Source: Myxococcota bacterium (GTDB lineage: Bacteria > Myxococcota_A > Polyangia > Nannocystales > Nannocystaceae). Taken from it: a stretch of DNA of 64,000 nt. Location: positions 453,632-517,631 of the forward strand of contig JBCCHT010000003.1 of NCBI GenBank assembly GCA_039028615.1. Reading direction: 5' to 3'. Both the position numbers and the translations under genes were made by a program. The notes beneath the pieces were generated by a model, which did not search any database, was not told the DNA's origin, and saw only the letters and a list, made by a program, of their open reading frames with translations. Shown piece after piece: positions 1 through 8,929 of the stretch. Numbering within the stretch: the stretch's first letter is position 1; the number at the start of each line of letters is the position of its first letter.

Positions 1-1233
1 GTCGACCTCGAGCTGCTCCACGCCATCGACGAAGGTGCGGTACTCGATCGAGCGCACGCGCTGGAGCTTGCCCGCCGCGTTCTTCTCGAACACGGGCGCC
101 CGGTCGTCGTCGACGAAGCCGAAGGGGAAGCCGCTGGTCTCGGCGATCTCCTGGCCCAGCTCGAGCACCTTGGGGTCCTTCTTCTTGTAGGCCTTGCGGG
201 TGTCGAGGTAGCCGCCGCGGCTGGTTCGCCACCAGGTTCGGCCCTGGTCCTTGATCTTCAGGGCGGCGGTGATGATGAAGCCCTTTTCCAAGTACGGGTT
301 TTCGGGGTGCAAGGGCAGCTTGGCCATCTTCTCGATTCGAAGCTGGCGGTCGGCCTCCGCCTTGGCGGCCTCTTCCTCGGCGCGCTTTTTGGCCTCGGCT
401 TCCTTGCGCTCGCGCTCGGCGATTTCCTCGGGCGTGGGCGGAGCGGGAGGGGCATCGGGGATGTCGTCGATACCCGGCAGCTTCGCGGCGGGCTCCCCCG
501 TGCCCCCGGTCTCGGCCTTGGGCTTGGGCTTGGGCTTGCTGAAGTCGGGCGGAGGCGGGGGCGGCTCGCCTGCCGCCACCGCGGCGGCCACGGCCTCCTT
601 GTGCTGCGCCATCGCGAACTTCTCTGCCGACAGCTCGCGCTCGAGGGCGTCGGCCGGCCGCCACCACATCTCGGTCCCGTTGCGAGCGACGATGGCGTAG
701 TCGTAGGGCATGGGCTCGTCCACGCGAGGACGCGGGGGCGGCTGATGCATGTACGGCGCCTTGCTGGCGTCGACGGTCAGGCCCTTGCTCGCGCAGGCGT
801 AGCTGCCCCCGGCCAGCTGGTGCCAGCCCTTGCGGCATCCTTCGCCCTGGTCGTCGACCTTGGGGGTGACCATGGTGCGATGCCCCAGCCGCAGGTAGCC
901 GAGCTTGGTCGAGCTCATGTCCGGCTTGGCGTAGAGCGTGACGATCTCGTAGGCCGCCAGCGCATGCATCGTCACTGTGGAAGGGTCGGGCGGCGTGGCC
1001 ACGACGGCGGGCTCGGGCGCGGGCTCGGGCTCGGCAGCGGGCGGGGCCTGTGCCTCATCGCCCGGCTCCGGCGCCTTGGCCTCGGCCGCACCGTCGGCCT
1101 TCGGGGTCTCGGAGGGGGTGGCCGGCTCGGCATCGGCGGCGGGCTCGGGCGTGGACTTCGAGTCGCCGCAGCCCGGCCCGGCCAGCATCGACGCCAGCAA
1201 CAACGAGGGGTAAACGAGACGATGGGAGTTCAT
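1..1233 (-). CDS. Lipoprotein, partial (3' end outside window); probable myxobacterial L,D-transpeptidase-family protein
   Basis: Not in ORF track because it runs off the edge. ATG at 1233 with GGAG upstream; MNSHRLVYPSLLLASMLAGPGC lipoprotein-like signal, Pro/Ala/Glu linker, then KLGYLRLG..GCRKGW..GGSYAC..PMPYDY, which resembles N-terminal regions of myxobacterial L,D-transpeptidases. No catalytic domain inside the window. Confidence 0.55.
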   Translation of the reverse strand, partial: MNSHRLVYPSLLLASMLAGPGCGDSKSTPEPAADAEPATPSETPKADGAAEAKAPEPGDEAQAPPAAEPEPAPEPAVVATPPDPSTVTMHALAAYEIVTLYAKPDMSSTKLGYLRLGHRTMVTPKVDDQGEGCRKGWHQLAGGSYACASKGLTVDASKAPYMHQPPPRPRVDEPMPYDYAIVARNGTEMWWRPADALERELSAEKFAMAQHKEAVAAAVAAGEPPPPPPDFSKPKPKPKAETGGTGEPAAKLPGIDDIPDAPPAPPTPEEIAERERKEAEAKKRAEEEAAKAEADRQLRIEKMAKLPLHPENPYLEKGFIITAALKIKDQGRTWWRTSRGGYLDTRKAYKKKDPKVLELGQEIAETSGFPFGFVDDDRAPVFEKNAAGKLQRVRSIEYRTFVDGVEQLEVD

Positions 1234-1252
1234 GGGGGCTCCAGGCCTTCGA

Positions 1253-1732
1253 CTAGCAGATCCCGCTTTGGGTGGCGCCGCGCTCTTCCAGGTCTTCGGC
1301 GATGCTCTCGGCCTGGGCTCGGCCGTCGACCTCCACCGTCAGCAACACGTCGCCGGCCGGCAGTCGGGGCGCGAGCGCCTGAATTGGCTCTTTGGCCACC
1401 CGGGTCCCCGCCTGCATGGCGGTATAGACCCCGATCACCGCGCCCGAGATGACGCCCAGCAGCGCACCCATGGCCGCGCTCAGCCCGGGCACGACCTCGT
1501 AGATGCCGATGATGATGCCCGACACCGCGAAGAACACACTGCCGCCGACCGTGTTCCACAGCAGGTTGCGGCCGAAGAAGGTCGCGCCCTCGGGCAGTTG
1601 GTTGGTGTCGAGGTGCTTTTCGTGCACGCGGGCGTCGAGCCCAGGGCTACCTTCACCTCGGCGACTGAGTTCGGTGCAGGCCTGGTCCGCCAGCCCAGAG
1701 TCCTCGAACAGCGCGTACACGACGTGGGACAC
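1253..1732 (-). CDS. Hypothetical membrane protein (two Gly-rich TM helices)
   Basis: 159 aa; VVYALFED N-terminus, hydrophobic hairpin, GDVLLTVEV C-terminus. Confidence 0.7.
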   Translation of the reverse strand: MSHVVYALFEDSGLADQACTELSRRGEGSPGLDARVHEKHLDTNQLPEGATFFGRNLLWNTVGGSVFFAVSGIIIGIYEVVPGLSAAMGALLGVISGAVIGVYTAMQAGTRVAKEPIQALAPRLPAGDVLLTVEVDGRAQAESIAEDLEERGATQSGIC

Positions 1733-1853
1733 GGGCGAAGGCTACCCCCGTTGGGGCGAGTCGCTAACCCTGTTTGGGCCGTGGGCGGTGCGTTCGCTCC
1801 GCAGCGGACCCCGGCCGGGGAGCGCCGACTAACAAACCGAGATTACAAGTAAA

Positions 1854-1898
1854 AATCGGGACCCGTGCCCCGGTCGTTCCGGTGGGCGGGTCCCGATT
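1854..1898 (-). terminator. Intrinsic terminator after the DNA methyltransferase
   Basis: Perfect 12-bp inverted repeat AATCGGGACCCG (1854-1865) / CGGGTCCCGATT (1887-1898), followed by a T-run on the minus strand. Confidence 0.65.
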
Positions 1899-1924
1899 CT
1901 GCTCGGTCGCAAAAGTTGCGGGGC

Positions 1925-2806
1925 TCAGGTCTTGGCGAGGCGGAGCCGCGGCTTGCCCGCCCACTTGGGGTGCTCGTCCACGAGGCGAGCGCGGGTCAGG
2001 TCGAGATACTCGGTCTGCTGATCGATGCCGACGTACGGGTGCCCGGCTCGCGCCGCGGCCACGCCGGTCGTCCCGCTGCCGTTGAAGGGATCGAGGATGG
2101 TGCCCTCGGGCGGGCAGGCCGACTCGATGATCCGCTCCAGCAACGCGAGCGGTTTTTGGGTGGGGTGCTTGCCGTGGGTCTTCTCGGACTTGCCCGGCGC
2201 CGTCATCCGCCACACCGACTTCATCTGCTTGCCGCCGTTGATCTCTCGCATGCGGGCGTACTCGAAGTGGTGCTTGCTCTTGCGACCACGGGCCGCCCAC
2301 AAGACCGTCTCGGTCGAGTGCGTGAAGTAGCGGCACGAGAGGTTGGGCGGCGGGTTGGGCTTCTCCCACACGATCTCGTTGAGCAGCTTGTAGCCCAGCT
2401 GCTGCATGGCGAAGCCCACGCTGTAGATCACGTGGCTGGTGCCCGAGACCCAGATGGTGCCGTTGGGCTTGAGCAGGCGCTGGCAGGCCGTCAGCCAGCG
2501 GCGGTTGAACTCGTGATTTTCTTCGACGCCCTTGCTGCGATCCCAGCGGCCCTTGTCCACCTTGGCGCGGCGACCCGACTTGCAGGTGCTGCCGCCGTTG
2601 GAGAGGAAATAGGGAGGATCGGCGAAGACGAGGTCGAAGGACTCCTCCGGCATCGACTCCATGATCTCGAGGCTGTCGCCCGAGAGCAGCGTGACCTCTT
2701 TTTTGGGCGAGGCCCAATGCACGGTCTTGCGGGGCAGGGCCGACGCATCGAAGGCTTCGGCGACGCCAGAGGCAGTTTTGGTGGCACGGCTGGAAGAAGC
2801 ACCCAC
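1925..2806 (-). CDS. Site-specific DNA adenine methyltransferase, beta class, DpnA (M2.DpnII)/MboIB-like
   Basis: DPPY motif IV precedes HPTQKP and ILDPFNGSGTT (motif I). FADPPYFLSNGG, VDKGxWD, PNLSCRYFTHSTET and NGGKQMK are characteristic of the DpnA group. Start uncertain (GTG 2806; frame open to 2917). Confidence 0.92.
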   Translation of the reverse strand: MGASSSRATKTASGVAEAFDASALPRKTVHWASPKKEVTLLSGDSLEIMESMPEESFDLVFADPPYFLSNGGSTCKSGRRAKVDKGRWDRSKGVEENHEFNRRWLTACQRLLKPNGTIWVSGTSHVIYSVGFAMQQLGYKLLNEIVWEKPNPPPNLSCRYFTHSTETVLWAARGRKSKHHFEYARMREINGGKQMKSVWRMTAPGKSEKTHGKHPTQKPLALLERIIESACPPEGTILDPFNGSGTTGVAAARAGHPYVGIDQQTEYLDLTRARLVDEHPKWAGKPRLRLAKT

Positions 2807-2925
2807 GGGTGCCCACTTTTCACGTCTGACCCCGTGCGCCGAAATTTTGGCCCAACCGATGGGGACCCCTCGGATTCGCCGCTTCCTTGCTGCCGCGTCG
2901 GGGGCTCTGATATTCAAGTCTCGCC

Positions 2926-3693
2926 GTGATCTCCGTCCGCAACGATCGACGTCGATGGGTGGCTCCCATCGCGCTGGGGCTCTTGATGGCCGCTGGCTGC
3001 AAAAAGGACCCGCCCAAGGTCCAGCTGCCCAACGCGCCCGCCCCCGACCGGGCGGCCCAGAGCTTCATCTACTGCGTCGAGGCCCGCGCCGGGCAGTGCG
3101 TCGAGCCGGCCGATCAGGTCGCCGGATGGGACTCCTTTTATCTCCTCACGTGGCTGGCGGGGGGCTCCCCCGTGGCCATCTTGGAGGCTCTGCCCCGCGA
3201 ACTGTCGGACCATGCCGACCCGCGTCGGGTGCAGCGGCGCTTCGTGGGCGAAGTCGAGCGCTACGCGGCCACGATTCGCGGCGCCGAGTGCCAGGCCAAC
3301 GGTTCTCGCCCCATCGAGCCCCTCATCGACGAGGTCGCAGGGGTCGCGGCCGAGCGCCTGCGCAAGCTGGGCCTGTGGAAGGGCGACATGCAGGCCATCG
3401 CGCGCGGCCTGGTCGAAGAAGCCCACGACGAGCTCAACGGTGGCTTCCTCGTGCGCCTCGACTGCAAGCGTGACCCCTATCGAATTTACGTCGCCACCCA
3501 GGAGCGAGACGGGCGACATGCGGTCTTGGGTCTGACGACCATGGTGCCGCAGGTCATCGAGCCCGAGCCCCCGGGGCGCGAGCAGGTCTCCGAGCGACTA
3601 CGAAGTCGTTCCCTGGGCCTCAACAACGCATCGGCGCCCGTCGATGAAGGCACCATCAGCCCGTGGCTTCGGTTCCCAGTGGAGGAGTTTTGA
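2926..3693 (+). CDS. Hypothetical lipoprotein
   Basis: Signal with LMAAGC lipobox; 255 aa; next gene starts 2 nt after the stop. Confidence 0.75.
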   Translation: MISVRNDRRRWVAPIALGLLMAAGCKKDPPKVQLPNAPAPDRAAQSFIYCVEARAGQCVEPADQVAGWDSFYLLTWLAGGSPVAILEALPRELSDHADPRRVQRRFVGEVERYAATIRGAECQANGSRPIEPLIDEVAGVAAERLRKLGLWKGDMQAIARGLVEEAHDELNGGFLVRLDCKRDPYRIYVATQERDGRHAVLGLTTMVPQVIEPEPPGREQVSERLRSRSLGLNNASAPVDEGTISPWLRFPVEEF

Positions 3694-3695
3694 TC

Positions 3696-4565
3696 ATGCG
3701 CAAGCTCTCCCTTGGATTGTCCGCCGCCTTGGCCGGGCTCGCGATCGTGGCCTGGCCCGGCGACTCGGTGCAGGCCCAGCCCACCACGGGCTCCGCCGCC
3801 GAGTTCGAGCGCATGCAGGGCTTCGCGACGGTGGTGGTCAACCACATCAACGAGACCCTCGGTACCGAGAACCTGCCCGTGGCCAACGGCGGTGGAGTCG
3901 AGCCCGGGGTCTTCGTCACCGTGAAGATGGACGAGCTGCTGATCTTCGACCAGCCAGTGGCGAAGCTTCAGGGCGGTCGTTCCGTCGACACCACCATCGC
4001 CGCCGAGTGTCGTAGCGAGTGCCCGGCCGCGTTCTACGATCCCTTCCAGCGCAGCTGGCTGGAGGCGGCGGTCGAGTCCACGACCTTCGCCGTCGAGATC
4101 CCCCAGCGTGTGGTCTTGGCCGTCGACCGCGAGCTACCGGCCGCGACCCTGCTCCAGGTGGTCTACGCCGCGGCCGAGACCCGACCGGTGCAGCCGCCTC
4201 AGCTCGCGCTGCTGGTCAACAACACCCGCGGCAGCCTCCGCGCCAAGACCTTCTTCGTGCTGCCTCCCGAGGGCATCGAGCTCCGTCAGGGCTCGGCCGC
4301 GCTCGGCCTCACCATCGAGGTCGGACCGGGGAGCTACGAGGTCAAGGCGGCCGATCAGGGCTTCGCACGCAAGAACCGAGTCGGTGCCGCAGCGCAGCTG
4401 CTGCCGATCATCAAGGGCGTGAAAAAGCGCTACCCGGGCAAGGAGACCGTGATCCTGGTGCCCAAGGGTGACGTGACGGTGCGCGAGTTGATGACGGTCG
4501 CCAACACGATCGCCGAAGAATTCCCGCGCCTCGTTTTGAGCGCCGGTCAGACCGTGCGGATCTGA
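3696..4565 (+). CDS. Secreted protein with ExbD/TolR-like segments
   Basis: ATG 3696, signal peptide; VVLAVDRELPAATLLQVVYAA and TVILVPKGDVTVRELMTVANTI resemble two ExbD-like periplasmic domains. Confidence 0.55.
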   Translation: MRKLSLGLSAALAGLAIVAWPGDSVQAQPTTGSAAEFERMQGFATVVVNHINETLGTENLPVANGGGVEPGVFVTVKMDELLIFDQPVAKLQGGRSVDTTIAAECRSECPAAFYDPFQRSWLEAAVESTTFAVEIPQRVVLAVDRELPAATLLQVVYAAAETRPVQPPQLALLVNNTRGSLRAKTFFVLPPEGIELRQGSAALGLTIEVGPGSYEVKAADQGFARKNRVGAAAQLLPIIKGVKKRYPGKETVILVPKGDVTVRELMTVANTIAEEFPRLVLSAGQTVRI

Positions 4566-4984
4566 TTCGGGCGCGCGCTCGAGTCACCGTGGCCGTCACC
4601 CCCCAGCGGGCGACGTGATCGGGTGAGGGACTTGCGCATCGTTGCGGGGTGCGTGGCAGGACGATCTGCACGGGTGAAATCCGAACGGCGCGATTGAAAG
4701 ATGCGCGGCAGCATCTGGACCGACCCGAGGATTTAGTTCCGCGCGATCCTGCGTAAGCCTCGGCAACATGCGCATGGCCTCCTGCGACGCACGCAGGCCG
4801 TGCCCATGAAAATGAGAAGGAATCGACACGATTTTCCCCGTAGTCGGCATGGAAAAATCTCGGCATGAATCGTTCCGTGGCGCGGAGGTGAACACGAGGT
4901 GACGCGAGTCTCCCTCACGTGAAGAAGACTTTCCCCGGGCGGAGGACGAGGGGGTTCGTGTGCTACCTTGGAAATCGTCCCGTG

Positions 4985-6076
4985 ATGATGAGTTCGCAAT
5001 CTGTAGAGGCCTCGCTAGGCAGCTACCGCGTGATGAGCAAGCTCGGCCAGGGAGGAATGGCCGACGTCTTCTTGGCTCGCCGCGACGTGCCTGGTTCGCA
5101 GCCCTGGGCCCAAAACCAAGAGCTTGCCCTCAAGCAGATTCGCCCCGAGTTGGCCGCGAATACCGAGTACGGCGAGATGCTCATCGAAGAGGCTCGCCTG
5201 GGGGCTGCCCTCCGGCACCCCAACCTCGTCGAGGCCTACGACGTCGGCAATCACGAAGGCAAGCTATTCTTCACCATGGAGTTGGTGCGCGGCCAAGAGC
5301 TGCGGCACATCGTGCGCAAGTCGGCCGAGCTCGACGGGCGACTCGACCTCTCCTTTGCCATCGCCATCGTGGTGGGGGTCGCGGCCGGCCTTCATCATGC
5401 CCACTGGCTGCACACCACCAGCGGCATGCCGCTGCGGATCGTGCACCGTGACGTCTGCCCCTCGAACGTGCTCGTCAACGACGAGGGCTACGTCAAGCTC
5501 ATCGACTTCGGCATCGCCAAGACCGATCGCACCGCCTTCTTGAGGATGCTGGCCGACGGTTCCTACGAAGGCCCGATCCCTCAGCCGGTCGACGACCGAC
5601 TGCGGCGGGGGACGCTGGCCTATATGTCGCCCGAGCAGTGCAACGCGCTGCCGAGCCTCGATCACCGCAGCGACATCTTCTCGCTGGGGGTGATGTTGTG
5701 GGAGCTGACGGTGTGGGGGCGCCTGTATCGGGCCAAGTCGCGGGCCGAGGTCTTCGATCGCATCGTCAACCACGACGCCCCGTCGCCGCGGTCGATCAAG
5801 CCCGATTTTCCCGAGGAGCTCGATGCCATCATCATGAAGGCGTTGTCTCGAGACCCCGATCGTCGCTACCAGACCGCACTCGACATGCAGGAAGCGCTCG
5901 AGGAGTTCGCGTTCTCGCAGGGACTGCATACTTCGCCGACTCGGCTCGCGCAGCTGATGAACCGGTTGTTTCCGCCGCGGCCCAAGATTCAGCACGACGC
6001 CGTCGCCGAGGAGTTTGCTCGGCGGTATCAATCGATCGGGCGGCGCTGGTCTTCGCGTCACGGCACGCCGAAATAG
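4985..6076 (+). CDS. Serine/threonine protein kinase (cytoplasmic, kinase domain only)
   Basis: LGQGGMADV, ALK, HRDVCPSN, DFG, GTLAYMSPEQ, DIFSLG; no TM segment. Confidence 0.93.
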   Translation: MMSSQSVEASLGSYRVMSKLGQGGMADVFLARRDVPGSQPWAQNQELALKQIRPELAANTEYGEMLIEEARLGAALRHPNLVEAYDVGNHEGKLFFTMELVRGQELRHIVRKSAELDGRLDLSFAIAIVVGVAAGLHHAHWLHTTSGMPLRIVHRDVCPSNVLVNDEGYVKLIDFGIAKTDRTAFLRMLADGSYEGPIPQPVDDRLRRGTLAYMSPEQCNALPSLDHRSDIFSLGVMLWELTVWGRLYRAKSRAEVFDRIVNHDAPSPRSIKPDFPEELDAIIMKALSRDPDRRYQTALDMQEALEEFAFSQGLHTSPTRLAQLMNRLFPPRPKIQHDAVAEEFARRYQSIGRRWSSRHGTPK

Positions 6077-6220
6077 GCCGCTGGCATCGGGCTACGCCCG
6101 ACCCTTCGCCTCGAGAGACTCGATTGTTTCCCGATGGGCGTGATCGCCCTGTTAGGATGCAATTCGTCTGCTGCTTGGGGTTGATGGCGCTCGTGCGTCA
6201 TCGGCCGTGCGAGGCTTGCC

Positions 6221-7339
6221 ATGATCTTCGATCGTTCGACCCTACCCGTATTGTCTTGTGCATTGTTGTTGGCCGCCTGTGGCAGTGACGCGACCGTCGG
6301 TGCGAGCGGAGGCGGGGGCGGCGGTGATGGCGATGCTACGGCGACGGTCGGCACCACTACGGGCACGGGCACGGGGGCGGCCACCAATGTGGCGAGCGCC
6401 TCGGGGTCGGGTGGCACTACGGGCGCGGTCGATACCACCGCGGGGGCCGATGCCAGCACCACGATGGGCACCACCGTGGGCACGACCATGGCCACCGATG
6501 ACACCACGGCCGGCTTCGATGGCACGACCGACGATTCGATGGGCACGACGATGGGCATGAGCTCGTCGGGTGGGCTCAGTGCGGGCTCGTCGGGCGGCTT
6601 CAGTGGCGGCTCGTCGGGCGGCTTCAGCGGTGGATCGGGCGGAGATACCGGTGGCGGCTCGTCGGGCGGATTCACCGGGGGCGGCTCGTCGTCGGGTGGA
6701 GTCAGCGGGGGCGGTTCGTCGTCGGGTGGAGTCAGCGGCGGCGGCTCGTCGTCGGGCGGAGTCAGCGGTGGCGGCTCGTCGTCGGGCGGATTCACGGGCG
6801 GCGGTTCGTCGTCGGGCGGGTTCACGGGCGGCGGTTCGTCGTCGGGCGGATTCACGGGCGGGGGTTCGTCGTCGGGCGGATTCACGGGTGGCGGTTCGTC
6901 GTCGGGCGGGTTCACGGGCGGCGGTTCGTCGTCGGGTGGATTCACGGGCGGCGGTTCGTCGTCGGGTGGATTCACGGGCGGCGGATCCTCGACGGGCGGA
7001 TTCACGGGCGGCGGTTCGTCGTCGGGCGGCATGCCGCCAGTCGAGGGCTTCGGCGATTGCGTGAACAACCTGCCGGCCGATGCTTGCCTGCCTCAGGAGC
7101 AGTGCATCACCGATCTCATGGTGCCGCCCACTCAGGGCGTGTGCACCGACCCTGCGTGTGTCGACGTCAGCGATTGCCCGCTCGCACCGCCCGGAGGCAC
7201 GGCCCCGGTGCAGTGCATCGACCTGACGGGAGAGGGCATCAACGAGTGCGTGCTGCTGTGCAGCATTCCCGGCGTCACCTGTCCCACCGGGATGATCTGC
7301 GCGCTGGGCATCGCCTGCGCCTGGCCGGCCATGCCCTGA
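6221..7339 (+). CDS. Gly/Ser/Thr-rich repeat lipoprotein with C-terminal Cys-rich domain
   Basis: LLAAC lipobox, low-complexity stalk, C-terminal domain with many Cys. Confidence 0.85.
   Translation: MIFDRSTLPVLSCALLLAACGSDATVGASGGGGGGDGDATATVGTTTGTGTGAATNVASASGSGGTTGAVDTTAGADASTTMGTTVGTTMATDDTTAGFDGTTDDSMGTTMGMSSSGGLSAGSSGGFSGGSSGGFSGGSGGDTGGGSSGGFTGGGSSSGGVSGGGSSSGGVSGGGSSSGGVSGGGSSSGGFTGGGSSSGGFTGGGSSSGGFTGGGSSSGGFTGGGSSSGGFTGGGSSSGGFTGGGSSSGGFTGGGSSTGGFTGGGSSSGGMPPVEGFGDCVNNLPADACLPQEQCITDLMVPPTQGVCTDPACVDVSDCPLAPPGGTAPVQCIDLTGEGINECVLLCSIPGVTCPTGMICALGIACAWPAMP
6677..7030 (+). repeat. Coding 30-bp tandem repeat, about 12 copies, GGGSSSGG(VS/FT)
   Basis: 11 full units plus one partial; variation mostly at third codon positions. 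Confidence 0.9.
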
Positions 7340-7361
7340 AGGCACGGCGTTCGCTTTCGGC

Positions 7362-8864
7362 TCAGTCGAGCTCGCGGTCGATGTACATCCCGGCCGCGGA
7401 GTTCATGCCGTTGTGGTCGCCTGCGCCCGCGCGCTCGAAGGTCGAGAACACTCCGTCGTCGTCGAGATCGCCGAACGCTTGGGCCGTGAACTGGCACGTC
7501 CCGTAGCCCTGCTCGGAGTTGTTCCAGCGAAAGTCGAGGTGGAAGCGATGCGGCTGTTCCTTGACGACGTTCATCTCCTGCCACACCGGGTTTTTCAGCC
7601 ATAGGTCGACCGAGTACTCACCCGGGCCCTCGGGCGTGCCGCGAACGGGCACGCAGTAGCCATCGGGGCCGTCGTTGCAGTTGAGCGACAGCGGGGGCGT
7701 GGGGCCGGCCGAGCCGATGAGGCGACCGTCGCTGGGGCAGCGGTGGATGGGATCCGACGAGCCCTCCGTGCCGCTCACCGGGAGCTGCTCCTCGTAGAAG
7801 AACGCGGCCGTCGCATCGAACATCTTGGCGACCTCGACCCGTGGTTCGGAGGTCTTGCTGCGCTTCATGTACTTGTCCAGCGCGGGGACGGCGATGGCTG
7901 CCGCCACGCCGGCCAGGGCAGCGAGGACGTCGGGGTCGTGGATCGTGACAGGGACGAGCAGGCTCAGCCGACGCCCTTGCAGCCTCGGCACCAGTCGGCC
8001 GCGAACCTGCTGCCACTGGTGGTAGGTGACGATCGAGCCGATACCCGTCCACACGCTGCCGCCGCGCATGGCTTGTTCGTACTGCGCCTCGGTCTGCATG
8101 GTGATGGCATCGAGCGCCGCCACGGCCTCGGCCTGCAGCGTCGCCAGGCCCTCGGGGTCGCCCTCGATCACCGCCTCCACCCCCGCGTTGCCGTACGAGA
8201 GCATCGCCTGCTCGATTCCCAGGCTCCGGGCGGGACCCGGGACCCGGAAGGGGGGCTGGCTCGTGTCGACCGCGGCCATCATGAGCACTCCTTCGGAGCG
8301 GTCGAGCACCATGGTGCGAAGGGGGCTCTTGCTGTCGCGAAGGGCCGGGCGCCCGCCCGCGAGGGTGGAGATCGCCAGCTCGACCGCGCTCCGGCTGCCG
8401 ACGATCAGCTCGCCCTCGTGCTTGGCCACCGACAGCCCGTCGATCACGTGGATCTCGACCCCGTGAAGCTCGCCGTCGGGTGTGCCTCGAAGCGAGCCCT
8501 CGGTGCCCTGGACCACCACCGCCACGCCTTCGTCCGCGGTGTAGAACGCTACCGCGAGGTGGGCGGTGGTCAGCGTCATGCCGAGCCGCGACTGCATGAA
8601 CTCATCGAGCTCCGTTCGCATCGCGTCCACGTTCTCGGGCGACGCCGGTCCCAGCAGGTCGAGGCTGGCCAGCGTGGCGAAGAACGACTCGGCGCTGCGC
8701 AGCACCAAGATGCCCGCGGCGTCGACGGGAATCGAGGCGGGCAGAGTGATCGCCGGAAGCGGAGCCTGCTCGGGCGCGGCCGTTTTTGCCTTTGGTTCCT
8801 TCGAGCACGCGCTCGCGCCCGCACACAGAGCGAGGGCGAGGGCGATGGAGCGGGGGCGGAGCAT
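7362..8864 (-). CDS. Lipoprotein with C-terminal type IV pilin-like domain
   Basis: N-terminal signal ending AGASAC; internal GVAAAIAVPALDKYMKRSKTSE pilin alpha-1-like helix; C-terminal FTAQAFGDLDDDG typical of deltaproteobacterial pilins. Confidence 0.75.
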   Translation of the reverse strand: MLRPRSIALALALCAGASACSKEPKAKTAAPEQAPLPAITLPASIPVDAAGILVLRSAESFFATLASLDLLGPASPENVDAMRTELDEFMQSRLGMTLTTAHLAVAFYTADEGVAVVVQGTEGSLRGTPDGELHGVEIHVIDGLSVAKHEGELIVGSRSAVELAISTLAGGRPALRDSKSPLRTMVLDRSEGVLMMAAVDTSQPPFRVPGPARSLGIEQAMLSYGNAGVEAVIEGDPEGLATLQAEAVAALDAITMQTEAQYEQAMRGGSVWTGIGSIVTYHQWQQVRGRLVPRLQGRRLSLLVPVTIHDPDVLAALAGVAAAIAVPALDKYMKRSKTSEPRVEVAKMFDATAAFFYEEQLPVSGTEGSSDPIHRCPSDGRLIGSAGPTPPLSLNCNDGPDGYCVPVRGTPEGPGEYSVDLWLKNPVWQEMNVVKEQPHRFHLDFRWNNSEQGYGTCQFTAQAFGDLDDDGVFSTFERAGAGDHNGMNSAAGMYIDRELD

Positions 8865-8929
8865 GGGGCGTAGCCTATCGTGGCCGGCGCCGAAGAGGGG
8901 ACCGACCCGCGGTGCTACGCTCGACTGCG

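Noticed and set aside
4566..4984. Long intergenic region with small hairpins as a possible ncRNA or riboswitch
   Set aside because: Only short imperfect stems, expected at this GC content; no recognisable family motif
6677..7030. 30-bp repeats as a possible CRISPR array
   Set aside because: Contiguous, no unique spacers, wobble-position variation, inside a CDS, no cas genes
6058..7068. 336-aa minus-strand ORF of PPDDEPPPVN repeats
   Set aside because: Antisense shadow of the Gly/Ser repeat lipoprotein, which has a signal peptide and a structured C-terminus
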